A stretch of 64,000 nucleotides of DNA from Nitrosopumilus sp. (GTDB taxonomy: Archaea; Thermoproteota; Nitrososphaeria; Nitrososphaerales; Nitrosopumilaceae). Positions 18,109 to 27,547 of the stretch are shown here, in pieces; the stretch's first letter is position 1; every line of letters starts with the position of its first letter. The notes under the pieces were generated by a model. The model was not told the DNA's origin. It searched no databases and was given only the letters and a program-made list of their open reading frames with translations. The stretch is from NCBI GenBank assembly GCA_965207075.1, contig CBDBLO010000002.1, positions 1,664,001 through 1,728,000 of the forward strand. The letters are read 5' to 3'. The position numbers were made by a program, and so were the translations under genes.

Positions 18109-19806
18109 TCAGCTCACGCGCTCCGTTATCATCTTTGACACCCGGGCCTCCCCGATGTCGGCTATGAACGGGCCCAGCCGCGGCCCGCGGCGGCTCCCCA
18201 GTATTATCTGGTACAGAGCGGCAAATACGTCCTTTGGTTGAGCCCCGCACGACTTTGCCGCGTCGTATATGCCCGTCTGGATGTCATCGGGGGTCCCGCG
18301 CCCGGAGTCTAGCATGCGCGCAATGCTTCCGAGCGCCGCGCGCATGTTGTCGTCAACCGTAATCTCAGCGGATCCGCCCCCCTCGTCAAACTCGTCGGCG
18401 TAGTTGCCGGCAAGGCGTACGAGTTCCTCCACCTCTGGCGAGGGTTCCGGTATGGTCCCGTACTCGAGCAGTTTTTCCACGACGCGCCTGGTCCGGTCGT
18501 TCTTGTACACCCTTGCAAGCTTCGCGGCAAGCATGTACCCGACGTGCGCGCCGGGGCGCTCTGGCGGCCTGAGCAGGTTTGCATAAAGGTACAGCCCCCT
18601 GGCCTTGGCAAGCTTGGCGGGGTTTCCGCGCAGCTCCTTCCGGACGCGCCCAAAGTAGGCGTCCTCGAGTTCGTTGAACTCGTCCATGAGGGAGGGCACG
18701 TCCTCGCGTATGCCAAGCTCGCGCGCGCCTGCGATTCTCTTGTAAAGCAGCAGCAGTATAGACTGCGGGGAGCCGAACTCCAGCCATCTTTGCGCCGTCA
18801 GTACGTTGCCTGCAGACTTTGATATCTTCTTGCCGCCCTTGTCAAGGAACATCTCGTATTTGGTGTGGTGCGGATGCGCGTACCCCAGCACGTGTTCGGC
18901 CACCCAGTCGTTGACCCTTACAGAGTCCATTATGTCCTTGCCGTATGCCTCGAACCTGACGTCAAATGCGGCCCACCGGGCGGCAAACTCCACCTTCCAG
19001 GCGAGCTTGCCAAGAGAGCCCCCGTCGATCTTGGCGCAGCCCGAATGGCCGCACCCGGATATGGCGCGTCCGGCCATCTGGGTGTCGCGGCACTCGTAGG
19101 ATACCGCGCGCGCCGACTCGTCGTAGGATACGGCCTGCGCCGTGTAGAGCCTGCTGCACGACTCGCACACCGGAAAGTACGGCAGCGACAGCTGGTACTT
19201 TGACTGGCCTACCATCTCGGCAATCTTCTCGCCGATCTCGGCGCTGCGGCACAGTATGGCGTGAATCTGGTCTCTAAGCAGTCCCTGCCTGTACGTGTCG
19301 TATGCCCGCCTGAACTCGTACTCGATGCCGACCCTGTCAAGCCCGTCGAGCAGTATGCTGCTCATGTGCATGCCGTACGAGTCGTGGCACGAGAACGGAT
19401 CCGGAATAAGCGAGACGGGCCTTGCCAGGTGTTCCTCAAGCGAGGCAGGCAGTCCGTCGGGCACCTTCCGCAGCCCGTCCAGGTCATCAGAGTAGGCGAC
19501 CAGCTTTGAGTCGTATCCAAGGTTGCCCAGCGCCAGCTTGACGCCGTAGGCCCTGGCCGCGTCACCCAGGCTGCCTATGTGGGGAATGCCAGAGGCGCCA
19601 AGCCCGCTCTCGACTATAATCATGCCGGTGTCGCGTCCAAGCGACTTTTCGCGGCGCACAAGCTCGTATGCAAGCTTGTCAAGCCACGTCCCGTGTCCGA
19701 TGACATCCCCGCCCCCGTCGCGGCTGCTGCTGTTGCCGCCGCTGCCGCGGCCGCCGTCGAGTGGGCCTTCCGCCGCCGCCTTTGCAGCATCCCGCGTGTC
19801 AGTCAT
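18109..19806 (-). CDS. lysS: Lysine--tRNA ligase, class I (start uncertain)
   Basis: SGIPHIG (HIGH-like), KISKS (KMSKS-like), GKLAWKVEFAARW, GPRLG. Confidence 0.95.
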   Translation of the reverse strand: MTDTRDAAKAAAEGPLDGGRGSGGNSSSRDGGGDVIGHGTWLDKLAYELVRREKSLGRDTGMIIVESGLGASGIPHIGSLGDAARAYGVKLALGNLGYDSKLVAYSDDLDGLRKVPDGLPASLEEHLARPVSLIPDPFSCHDSYGMHMSSILLDGLDRVGIEYEFRRAYDTYRQGLLRDQIHAILCRSAEIGEKIAEMVGQSKYQLSLPYFPVCESCSRLYTAQAVSYDESARAVSYECRDTQMAGRAISGCGHSGCAKIDGGSLGKLAWKVEFAARWAAFDVRFEAYGKDIMDSVRVNDWVAEHVLGYAHPHHTKYEMFLDKGGKKISKSAGNVLTAQRWLEFGSPQSILLLLYKRIAGARELGIREDVPSLMDEFNELEDAYFGRVRKELRGNPAKLAKARGLYLYANLLRPPERPGAHVGYMLAAKLARVYKNDRTRRVVEKLLEYGTIPEPSPEVEELVRLAGNYADEFDEGGGSAEITVDDNMRAALGSIARMLDSGRGTPDDIQTGIYDAAKSCGAQPKDVFAALYQIILGSRRGPRLGPFIADIGEARVSKMITERVS

Positions 19807-19879
19807 GGCAGCACCGCCCGCGTACCCGGCGTCGAAACTGCCAGCATCATAGTCACCGTCACCACCAACGTCGCCACCA

Positions 19880-21730
19880 CTACAGATCCCTTGCCATGTA
19901 GGGCCCATATAACGAGTATCCCAGCTTTCGATAGTATTCCCTAGTGCCAATGGCACTTATCACCAGGAGCCTGCGCGCGCCGAATCTTTCTCGCGCCACG
20001 TTCTCGGCGTTTTCCACTAGGGCCCGTCCCAGCCCCGAGTGCTGTATCGCGGCGCCTAAGGCAGGGGCAGTCGGCGGCGGGGCGCCCAGTCCCACCATCC
20101 TTCCATAGACGTGCAGCTCCCTTATGAGGCACGTCTCGGCCGAGACCTCGGGCCTGTGCGCGCCGGGCCCCGGACGGCGGAGCCGGACGAACCCGTATAT
20201 CCTCTCGGCATCGTCCTCGTACGATATGAACGCCTCGCTGCCGCCTGACGAGTCGTAGTGTACGACGTCAAGGCGCAGGGCGTCCGGCCCCGCATGCGCG
20301 GACTGTCCGGCGTCGCTGCCGTTGTTGTTGCTGCTGTTGCTGCCGATGCTATTGCTATTGCCCGCACGTCCGTGCGCCCCATCACGCCCGTCATTGCGAT
20401 CATAGCAGGCGTTGCGGCGGCGCGACAGCCCTGCCTCCCTGCACCTGATGCACCTGCACGGAGTCCCCTGCTCCTCGAGTCTCTGGCGCACCAGCTGCCT
20501 GAGGTTTCCCTGCCGGGGGCCCGCCACTATCTGCGACGGCGGAATCTCCCTCTGGACGCGCATTATGCGGACCCACTTTGGGATCCTCCTCTTTGCCTCT
20601 GCAAGGACGCGTATCATCTCCTGATCAGAGTACGGCTCATATCTTCCGTTCCGGTACTCCTCGTACAGGGGCGTGCCCCGTATCACGAGCGACGGGTATA
20701 TCTTCAGCATGTCGGGCCTCAGGTCCGAATCGTCGTACAGCCTGGCAAAGTCCTCGATGTCCATGTCCGGCGTCATTGTGGGCAGGCCCGGCATCATGTG
20801 CGCGGCAATCTTGTACCCGGCATCCTTTGCAAGCTGGAACGACCTTGTCACGTCCGCGTACGTGTGCCCCCTGTTGGTGATGCGGTACACGTTATCGCGC
20901 AGCGACTGGACGCCGATCTCCACCCGCGTGGCGCCGTAGCCAAGCATGGAGTCGATGTGCTCCTCCATGCAATAGTCCGGCTTGGTCTCCACCGTGAGCC
21001 CGACGCAGCGGACGCGCGACGTCTCATTGAGGAGCTGCGCCTGCGCCAGGCTGTCCGACGCGGCGCCGTTCAGCGCGTCATAGCACGATTTTACAAAGGC
21101 TTCTCGGTACTGCCGTGGCATGAACAGGAACGTCCCGCCCACTATCACGATCTCAGTCTTCGAGGTGTCGTGGCCGAACGCCTCCAGCTGCTCCAGCTTG
21201 GTGCGTATCTGCGGGACCGGATCGTGATCGTACCTTATGGCGTCCAGTGCTGGCGGCTCGGCCCCGGTATAGCTGTTAGGGGTGCCGTACTCGGGCCCTC
21301 CTGGGCAGTACGTGCACCGGCCGTGGGGGCACGCAAAGGGCTTTGGCATCACGGCCACCACGGCGACGCCGGAGGCCGTCTTTGCGGGCTTTTTGAGGAG
21401 CATCCGGCCCAGGGCCGCGAGCCCGGGATCATCCTGTAGCCGGATCTGCTGGCCGCCGCCGCTGCTGCTGCTGCTGTTGCTGCTGCTGTCGCACGCGCCA
21501 TGCGCCGGACTGTCGCCGGGCATGCCGGAGGCCGCGGCCGACAGAATCTCGCGGTTCTTCGGCACCCTCGGCAACCCATACCTAGAGCACGCGTCAAATA
21601 TGACCCGGCGCACGCGTCCCGGGTCGTGGCCGGCTCCCGACCCGTCCATCTCAAGGAGCGCGGACGCAATCTCGCGGCATGCGCGCCTCATCTTGCCCGC
21701 GTCCGTGCGCGAGGGGAAGGTCACGGCCAT
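19880..21730 (-). CDS. elp3: Elp3 tRNA uridine(34) acetyltransferase (radical SAM plus GNAT)
   Basis: CPHGRCTYCPGG, GGTF, ETKPD, RVEIGVQ, CRCIRCRE, IRELHVYG, QHSGLG. Confidence 0.95.
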   Translation of the reverse strand: MAVTFPSRTDAGKMRRACREIASALLEMDGSGAGHDPGRVRRVIFDACSRYGLPRVPKNREILSAAASGMPGDSPAHGACDSSSNSSSSSGGGQQIRLQDDPGLAALGRMLLKKPAKTASGVAVVAVMPKPFACPHGRCTYCPGGPEYGTPNSYTGAEPPALDAIRYDHDPVPQIRTKLEQLEAFGHDTSKTEIVIVGGTFLFMPRQYREAFVKSCYDALNGAASDSLAQAQLLNETSRVRCVGLTVETKPDYCMEEHIDSMLGYGATRVEIGVQSLRDNVYRITNRGHTYADVTRSFQLAKDAGYKIAAHMMPGLPTMTPDMDIEDFARLYDDSDLRPDMLKIYPSLVIRGTPLYEEYRNGRYEPYSDQEMIRVLAEAKRRIPKWVRIMRVQREIPPSQIVAGPRQGNLRQLVRQRLEEQGTPCRCIRCREAGLSRRRNACYDRNDGRDGAHGRAGNSNSIGSNSSNNNGSDAGQSAHAGPDALRLDVVHYDSSGGSEAFISYEDDAERIYGFVRLRRPGPGAHRPEVSAETCLIRELHVYGRMVGLGAPPPTAPALGAAIQHSGLGRALVENAENVARERFGARRLLVISAIGTREYYRKLGYSLYGPYMARDL

Positions 21731-21801
21731 GTCGCGGCACCGCGCCAGCCTTTGCGGCAAGTCACATACGGCGGCCCCCCGGCGGAAGTCGGTTCTCGCA
21801 T

Positions 21802-23079
21802 CTAGAACACCACCCTCTCTTCTCCGGGGCCGTCCTCTCCGTCCTCCCCGGACTCGGGCGCCTGTCCGGCCTCCGAGGCAGGTTCGTTCTTGTACAGCAT
21901 CTTGAGCCATATCGGCGTGATTATGGTGGTGAGCGCGACCATGATCACGACAGTCGAGTACACCTCCGACGTCAGTATCCCGGCGCCCACGCCGACGCCG
22001 GCCACGATGAGCCCCACCTCGCCCCTGGAGACCATCCCGACCCCGACGCGCATCCCGCGCATCCGGCTCTTCAGGAACAGCATCGCCGGAATGCCGCACC
22101 CGAACAGCTTTGTGGAGATTGCAATCACCATTATGACCCCGCTGAGCATCAGCACGGTCGCGTCAACCGACCTAAAGTCCACCTGGGCCCCTATTATGGC
22201 AAAGAAGAGCGGCGCGAATATCAGCGCAATCTTCTCCGTGTACAGCCCGACCACCTTGAATATCTTCGTGGTGGACAGCGCCATGCCGACTGCAAAGGCC
22301 CCCACTATGGGCGACAGCCCTATGGAGCCTGCAAACGCGGCGGCCCCGAAGAACGACGCCGTAGCTATGCCCTCCACGCTGCCCTCGGCCTTCCAGAACC
22401 GGGTGGACATCAGGCGGGGCATTATGACCACCGAGGTTATCAGCATGGCCGCGAAGAACCCGAGCACCTGCAGTATGGTTATAGTCACCTCCGTAACGTC
22501 GAGGCTCTCAAGCCCGTCTGCGCTGCCCGCAATCGACGTCACCACCGACAGCACCGCGATCGCGAGTATGTCATCCACGATTGCGGCCCCTATGATCAGC
22601 CGCGCCTCCGGCGACTTTATCTTGCCAAGCTCGTTGAGCACCTGGACCGATATCGCGATGCTCGTCGCGGTCAGCGCGGTCGCGATCATCATGGACTGGA
22701 GCGCGTCGAACCCGAACCACTGGAAGACCATCAGTCCCGCAAAGAACGGGACGACCACGCCGAGCGTCCCGACCGTAAAGGACGCCTTGCCGCCGCGTAG
22801 AAACTCCCGCGGCGTCATCTCGAGGCCCGCCATGAACAGTATCACGATCGCGCCAATCTCGCCGAGCAGCTTCAGCTCGGGCCCTATCTCCAGCAGCTTC
22901 GAGCCGTCTATGATGAGAAACGAGCCGAGCGCAAAGGGCCCCACGATCATGCCGGCGAGAAGCTCGCCGAGTACGATTGGCAGCTTTAGCCGCAGGAACA
23001 GCTCCGCCATCAGTTTTGCGGCAAACAGCAGGATCCCCACCGCAATGATAATCTCGATAAAACCGGCCTCGGCTGCCAT
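21802..23079 (-). CDS. Cation:proton antiporter (CPA2, NapA-like)
   Basis: About 12 TM segments; LFMAGLE, ATSIAI, AIVDDI, SRGEV. Confidence 0.92.
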   Translation of the reverse strand: MAAEAGFIEIIIAVGILLFAAKLMAELFLRLKLPIVLGELLAGMIVGPFALGSFLIIDGSKLLEIGPELKLLGEIGAIVILFMAGLEMTPREFLRGGKASFTVGTLGVVVPFFAGLMVFQWFGFDALQSMMIATALTATSIAISVQVLNELGKIKSPEARLIIGAAIVDDILAIAVLSVVTSIAGSADGLESLDVTEVTITILQVLGFFAAMLITSVVIMPRLMSTRFWKAEGSVEGIATASFFGAAAFAGSIGLSPIVGAFAVGMALSTTKIFKVVGLYTEKIALIFAPLFFAIIGAQVDFRSVDATVLMLSGVIMVIAISTKLFGCGIPAMLFLKSRMRGMRVGVGMVSRGEVGLIVAGVGVGAGILTSEVYSTVVIMVALTTIITPIWLKMLYKNEPASEAGQAPESGEDGEDGPGEERVVF

Positions 23080-23333
23080 GCAGTTCGCGTGCCCAACGTG
23101 CAATATATACGGCCACGCCGTCCCGCCGCCTCGGAACACGCGCGCGCAAACCCGGATCCTGCATGGCGCCGGCAGTTGTCACCGCATGGCGCCGGCAGCC
23201 CTCCCCTCAGATGCACCGGTACCTGCGGGCGCCTCTGCGGGCATGGGCGGCGCCGCCGTACACGTCCGAGCTCCCGCGCATGCAGGCAGCGCCGCGCCGT
23301 CGGATCAGGCCAACGCGTCCTGTCAGGCCGACG

Positions 23334-24389
23334 TCACGCGATGCGTGTAGACCCGACCGTGACTCCGGCGTCGGCCGTAACGCGGCCTATGCGCCTCGAG
23401 CGTATGCGGTATCTTGAAAACGCCCTTGTGATGGCAGGGGCCGAGTCCTCCGGGGCCACCACGCAGAACCCCACGCCCATGTTAAAGGTGCGGTACATCT
23501 CGCTCACAGGGATGCGGCCGCGCTCCATCACAAGCTGCATTATCCTCGGCATGGGGGGCAGGTCGTCGATCTCAAACCCTATGCGCTTGAGCCTCGTCAG
23601 CTTGGTAAAGGAGCCCCCCGTGATGTGGGCAAGGCCGTGTATCTCGATCTTGGCGTCCCGTATCATGTCCAGCACGGGCTTGACGTAGATCTCAGTCGGC
23701 TCCAGCAGCGCATCCCCCACGGTGGGCCCTCCCCGGTACAGCTTTGAGCGGAGGGGCGTGCCGTCGAGCGCCTTTCTTGCAAGCGTGTACCCGTTTGAGT
23801 GCAGTCCCGTACTGTGGGCGCCAATTATGACGTCGCCCCTGACGATGCGGCCGCCGAGAATCCCCGCAGTGCCCCTCTTTGACTGGGGCAGGAGCCCGAC
23901 CACCGTGCCGGCAAGGTCGAACTCGAATTTTCTGCTGTTGCCGCCCCCAAACAGCCCCGGCATCACCGCAGTCTCGCCGCCGACTATGGGCACGGCGCCC
24001 CTTCTTGCCCCCCTGGCAAGCCCCCGGGCAATCTCGGCGAACTTGGACTCGTCGTTCCGGTTCGCCGCAATATAGTTTACAAACGATATGGGAGTGGCGC
24101 CCGTGCATATCACGTCGTTGACGTTCATGGCCACGCAGTCTATTCCGACCGTGTCGTACCTCTTCAGCGCGTTTGCGACCATCACCTTTGTCCCGACCCC
24201 GTCCGTATGGGTCGCTATGCGCGCGCCCCTGCCGCCGATCCTGACGATCCCAGCATAGTGCCCGAACCCGTGCTCCACCCGGACCGCATCCTGCGCCCGG
24301 TGCGTGCCGGCTATTATGCGGCCTATTCGGTTCTGGCTCTTCTTGATCGACGCAATGTCGACCCCGGCCGACTTGTACGTGGTGGCCGT
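23334..24389 (-). CDS. purM: Phosphoribosylformylglycinamidine cyclo-ligase (AIR synthase); no canonical start at the expected position
   Basis: TYKSAGVDI in frame upstream of the track ORF; TDGVGTK, GGETA, GLHSNG, HITGG, FNMGVG. Confidence 0.93.
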   Translation of the reverse strand, partial: TATTYKSAGVDIASIKKSQNRIGRIIAGTHRAQDAVRVEHGFGHYAGIVRIGGRGARIATHTDGVGTKVMVANALKRYDTVGIDCVAMNVNDVICTGATPISFVNYIAANRNDESKFAEIARGLARGARRGAVPIVGGETAVMPGLFGGGNSRKFEFDLAGTVVGLLPQSKRGTAGILGGRIVRGDVIIGAHSTGLHSNGYTLARKALDGTPLRSKLYRGGPTVGDALLEPTEIYVKPVLDMIRDAKIEIHGLAHITGGSFTKLTRLKRIGFEIDDLPPMPRIMQLVMERGRIPVSEMYRTFNMGVGFCVVAPEDSAPAITRAFSRYRIRSRRIGRVTADAGVTVGSTRIA

Positions 24390-24709
24390 TTCACATCGGC
24401 CCCCGCTCGACGCGCCGCGCGCGCCCGCATGCCGCCGCGTGTCGAGTCATAAATCCACACGCAAGCCGCACCAGATAAATTGTTTCACATGCATCCACAA
24501 CAACGCGCTGCACCATGCGTGTTAATTACCTTTGGCAGTCACGTTTGAGGGGCGGGGGAGAAAGAGTGACAAGTGGCGTCACATTCAGGGCGGGATGATG
24601 CCGTCGTGCCGCGCTTCTGACGCGCGCCCGGGGTTCCGGCGCCGGGACAGCTGCCAGCGCCGCGTCCCATGATCATCTCCTTTAAACATAACACCCATGC
24701 CGTACAGGC

Positions 24710-25699
24710 ATGGAAGAGGTCCTGGCCAGCGCCGCGCTCGTGGCGGCGGGACTGGCCCTGCTCTGCTTTGGCGGCAACTGGCTGGTGGGCGGAGGCGAGA
24801 AGATTGCAAAGAGGTTCAGGGTGAGCAGTTTCGTAATCGGCATGACAGTCATCGCATACGGGACGTCAACACCCGAGCTGGCGGCCAGCGTTGCAGCCGC
24901 CACGGGCGGGTACGGGGCCATCATACTCGGAAATATCATCGGCAGCAACATAGCAAACGTCGGCATGGTGATAGGAATATCCGCCGTGCTGATCCCGTTG
25001 GCCGTTGGAAGGGACGTCCTGCGCAAGGAGATCCCAGTCATGATCGGGGCATCCGTGCTCTTGGTCGCGCTCTCGGCAGACGGAGAGGTGTCGCAGTACG
25101 ACGGGTTCATCCTGCTTGCAGGTCTCGGTGTCGTCACGTACAGGACAATGAGGATCATCAAGGGGCAGAGGGCAGAGACAGGCGGGAAGGAGCCATCGAC
25201 ACCGCCGGACAGCCGGTCGGAACCGGGCGCGACGCAGGTCCAGCAGCCGGTCGGCAAGTTCTATGCAAGGAACGTGGGCATGATAGGCGCTGGAATCGCC
25301 CTGCTGTATGTGGGCGCGATTCTCACAGTCGACCATGCGGTAATACTGGCAAAGACGTTCGGCCTCTCAGAGAAGGTGATAGGTCTGACGGTGGTGGCAA
25401 TCGGAACGTCGCTGCCGGAACTGATTACGTCCATTATGGCGATCCGCAGGGGCCAGCAGGACATTGGCGTGGGCAACATAATCGGGAGTAACATCTACAA
25501 CGTGCTCATGATCATGGGGGTGGGCGCGGCGCTCGGGGGCGTCGCGATATCAGACGACACGTATGTGGACTATGGGATCATGCTGGCGTTTGGCGCCGCG
25601 CTACTGGCCGCGCTAAAAACGGGGCGGATAGGCAGGCCCGTCGGCATATGCCTGGCAGCGGGCTATGTCGCATACCTTGGAGTGTCGCTTGTAAGGTGA
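24710..25699 (+). CDS. Calcium/sodium antiporter (CaCA, YrbG-like)
   Basis: Two alpha repeats GTSTPE / GTSLPE and GNIIGSN. Confidence 0.93.
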   Translation: MEEVLASAALVAAGLALLCFGGNWLVGGGEKIAKRFRVSSFVIGMTVIAYGTSTPELAASVAAATGGYGAIILGNIIGSNIANVGMVIGISAVLIPLAVGRDVLRKEIPVMIGASVLLVALSADGEVSQYDGFILLAGLGVVTYRTMRIIKGQRAETGGKEPSTPPDSRSEPGATQVQQPVGKFYARNVGMIGAGIALLYVGAILTVDHAVILAKTFGLSEKVIGLTVVAIGTSLPELITSIMAIRRGQQDIGVGNIIGSNIYNVLMIMGVGAALGGVAISDDTYVDYGIMLAFGAALLAALKTGRIGRPVGICLAAGYVAYLGVSLVR

Positions 25700-25897
25700 G
25701 ACGCGGGATGCAGTCTCTACTGCCGTTTCGGTAGTGACAACAGCGGCAGCAACGGCGACGGCAACCGAATCTACAAAAGCGCTCGGTATGGCTCCCATTA
25801 TTATCCAAGGATCATGTTAGGCGATGATGGTTGAAAGCTACCTTCCGAGGCTGCACGCACGATCCACGCCCTGATGCGGCGCGCCTGATGCGGCGCG

Positions 25898-27538
25898 TCA
25901 CGATATGCGCATGACCGGGACGTCCTCCACCCGTATCGACGGGGTGACTGACGAGAGCGAGGCCCACTGTACCACGTTACGGGTGTCGTCGCCCACGCCG
26001 GAGACGTCCATCAACAGCCGTGGCAGGTTGTGCATTATGCGCACGGGCTTGGCCGGGCGCGTGATCCGCCCGTTCCGTATGAGCGCGATCCCGCTGCGCG
26101 CCGTGCATGAAAAGTCACCGCTTATCGGGTTTACCGCGTACGTGTACCAGAGGCGGCCTACCAGCAGCCCCCTTTTCACATCCCGAATCATCTCATCGGG
26201 TGGGATCCGCTCCACATCGGAGGATACGGACATGTTGTGCGGGGCGGACACCGGTATCGGGTCGGCGCCGCGGCCCAGTGGGACTGCCATGCGCGTCGCG
26301 TTTCCAGGCCTGGCAGCTGCCATCACACGATCTTCTCCGACGGGGCCGCGTGCCGCAGAATCAGAACCAGAGGCGCCTGCAGAGGATCCGTTTGCGGCAT
26401 CATGGCAGTCGGGCGTAGCGCTGTCGTTGGCGCCACCATGGTTGGTGTCACTGCCGTTATCACTGCCATCGTTATCATAAACGGCCCTGTAATAGTCAAA
26501 GAGGTCAGAGTATGTCTCCTCAAACACCCCGCGCTTTACAAGCGGGCGGCCTGCAGTCGGTATGCCTTCCGCGTCTATGCGATGCGAGCCGATGGCGTCC
26601 GGCGCGTGGGGGTCGTCTTGTATGGTGAGCATCTCGGATGCTACGGGGCGGCCCGCGTTGCCCGAAAAGCAGCTGCGCCCGTCCAGGACGCGCTTGAGCT
26701 CAAAGTTCGGTGCCACGACAAAGGCCAGCAGTTCACCGACCGAGTACGGCTCGAATATGACCGTGTACGTACCGTCGTCTACAGAGACAGGGTTTACCGA
26801 GCGGATGCACATATCGCGGGCGTCGGCCCCGGCCCGTTCCGGATCAAAGCCGTCAAGCGTCCTAGCGCTGCCGTATCCGATTCCAGAGACGGTTGGATAT
26901 GGCTGCGACTGCTGCTGCGCCGCTGCGCCAGACGCAGACGCGCCGCCCGCGCGCAGGGCCGACTCGGCATTTACAAGCCCCGCCACGTACGTGGACGTCT
27001 CGACATCATGCAGGCCGCGGGTGTTTGACACCTCGAACGTCTCGCATACGACGTGAAGCGAGCCCGTAATTGCCCCGACCTTTTTGTTCGAGGCGGCCAC
27101 AATCATGCGCTCTGCCAGATCCTCGGCCTCCCCACAGGTCATGCGGTCAAGGCGCGCGTCGTACGTGCCGCGCAGCTCGCCCGGCCTCCCGCGCGATGCG
27201 GGTTCTGCAAGCCCGCGCCAGAACCTGCAGGGCCGCTGGATGCTTCCGGACGCGTGTACCATGCGCCCGACGATCTCAGAAGCCCGGCCGGAGCCGGCGG
27301 GGACCGAGGCCGACGCAATGCGTCCTCGCGCCACCAGCCGTATGCCGTACTGGTCGTCTGAGACCTGCTTTGCCTCCGATACGGCGGAATCCGTGATCCG
27401 AATGGTGGTGACGCGGCGGGCCGCGCGCACGACCTCGCACTCGTCGGCGCCAAGCCGGACTGCCATACCAAGCAGGCGCTCGGGATCCGCTGGCGAGTCA
27501 GGCGGACGCGGCGATGCGGCGGACGGACCGGGCGGCAA
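25898..27538 (-). CDS. TldD/PmbA family protein, TldE/PmbA-like subunit
   Basis: DDP...DAEG, N..SGDFS, I.NG.I..P motifs; no HExxxH. Confidence 0.85.
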   Translation of the reverse strand: MPPGPSAASPRPPDSPADPERLLGMAVRLGADECEVVRAARRVTTIRITDSAVSEAKQVSDDQYGIRLVARGRIASASVPAGSGRASEIVGRMVHASGSIQRPCRFWRGLAEPASRGRPGELRGTYDARLDRMTCGEAEDLAERMIVAASNKKVGAITGSLHVVCETFEVSNTRGLHDVETSTYVAGLVNAESALRAGGASASGAAAQQQSQPYPTVSGIGYGSARTLDGFDPERAGADARDMCIRSVNPVSVDDGTYTVIFEPYSVGELLAFVVAPNFELKRVLDGRSCFSGNAGRPVASEMLTIQDDPHAPDAIGSHRIDAEGIPTAGRPLVKRGVFEETYSDLFDYYRAVYDNDGSDNGSDTNHGGANDSATPDCHDAANGSSAGASGSDSAARGPVGEDRVMAAARPGNATRMAVPLGRGADPIPVSAPHNMSVSSDVERIPPDEMIRDVKRGLLVGRLWYTYAVNPISGDFSCTARSGIALIRNGRITRPAKPVRIMHNLPRLLMDVSGVGDDTRNVVQWASLSSVTPSIRVEDVPVMRIS

Positions 27539-27547
27539 TGGGGCGCC

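Noticed and set aside
21731-22099. Elp3 N-terminal extension in the ORF track (likewise cofH, tsr3, the GT2, srp19, Sec61beta and the second pilin)
   Set aside because: These extensions overlap neighbouring genes or promoters; downstream starts fit TATA spacing or stop-start coupling
21890-23350. Long antisense or alternative-frame ORFs (also 1683-2771, 8360-9781, 20258-21439, 28002-29222, 40182-41306, 57047-58285)
   Set aside because: Shadows of well-supported genes in GC-rich DNA, with no family motifs
25819-25890. Fluoride riboswitch (GGCGATG...CTGATG)
   Set aside because: No complementary TCGCC for the first stem and no co-oriented downstream gene
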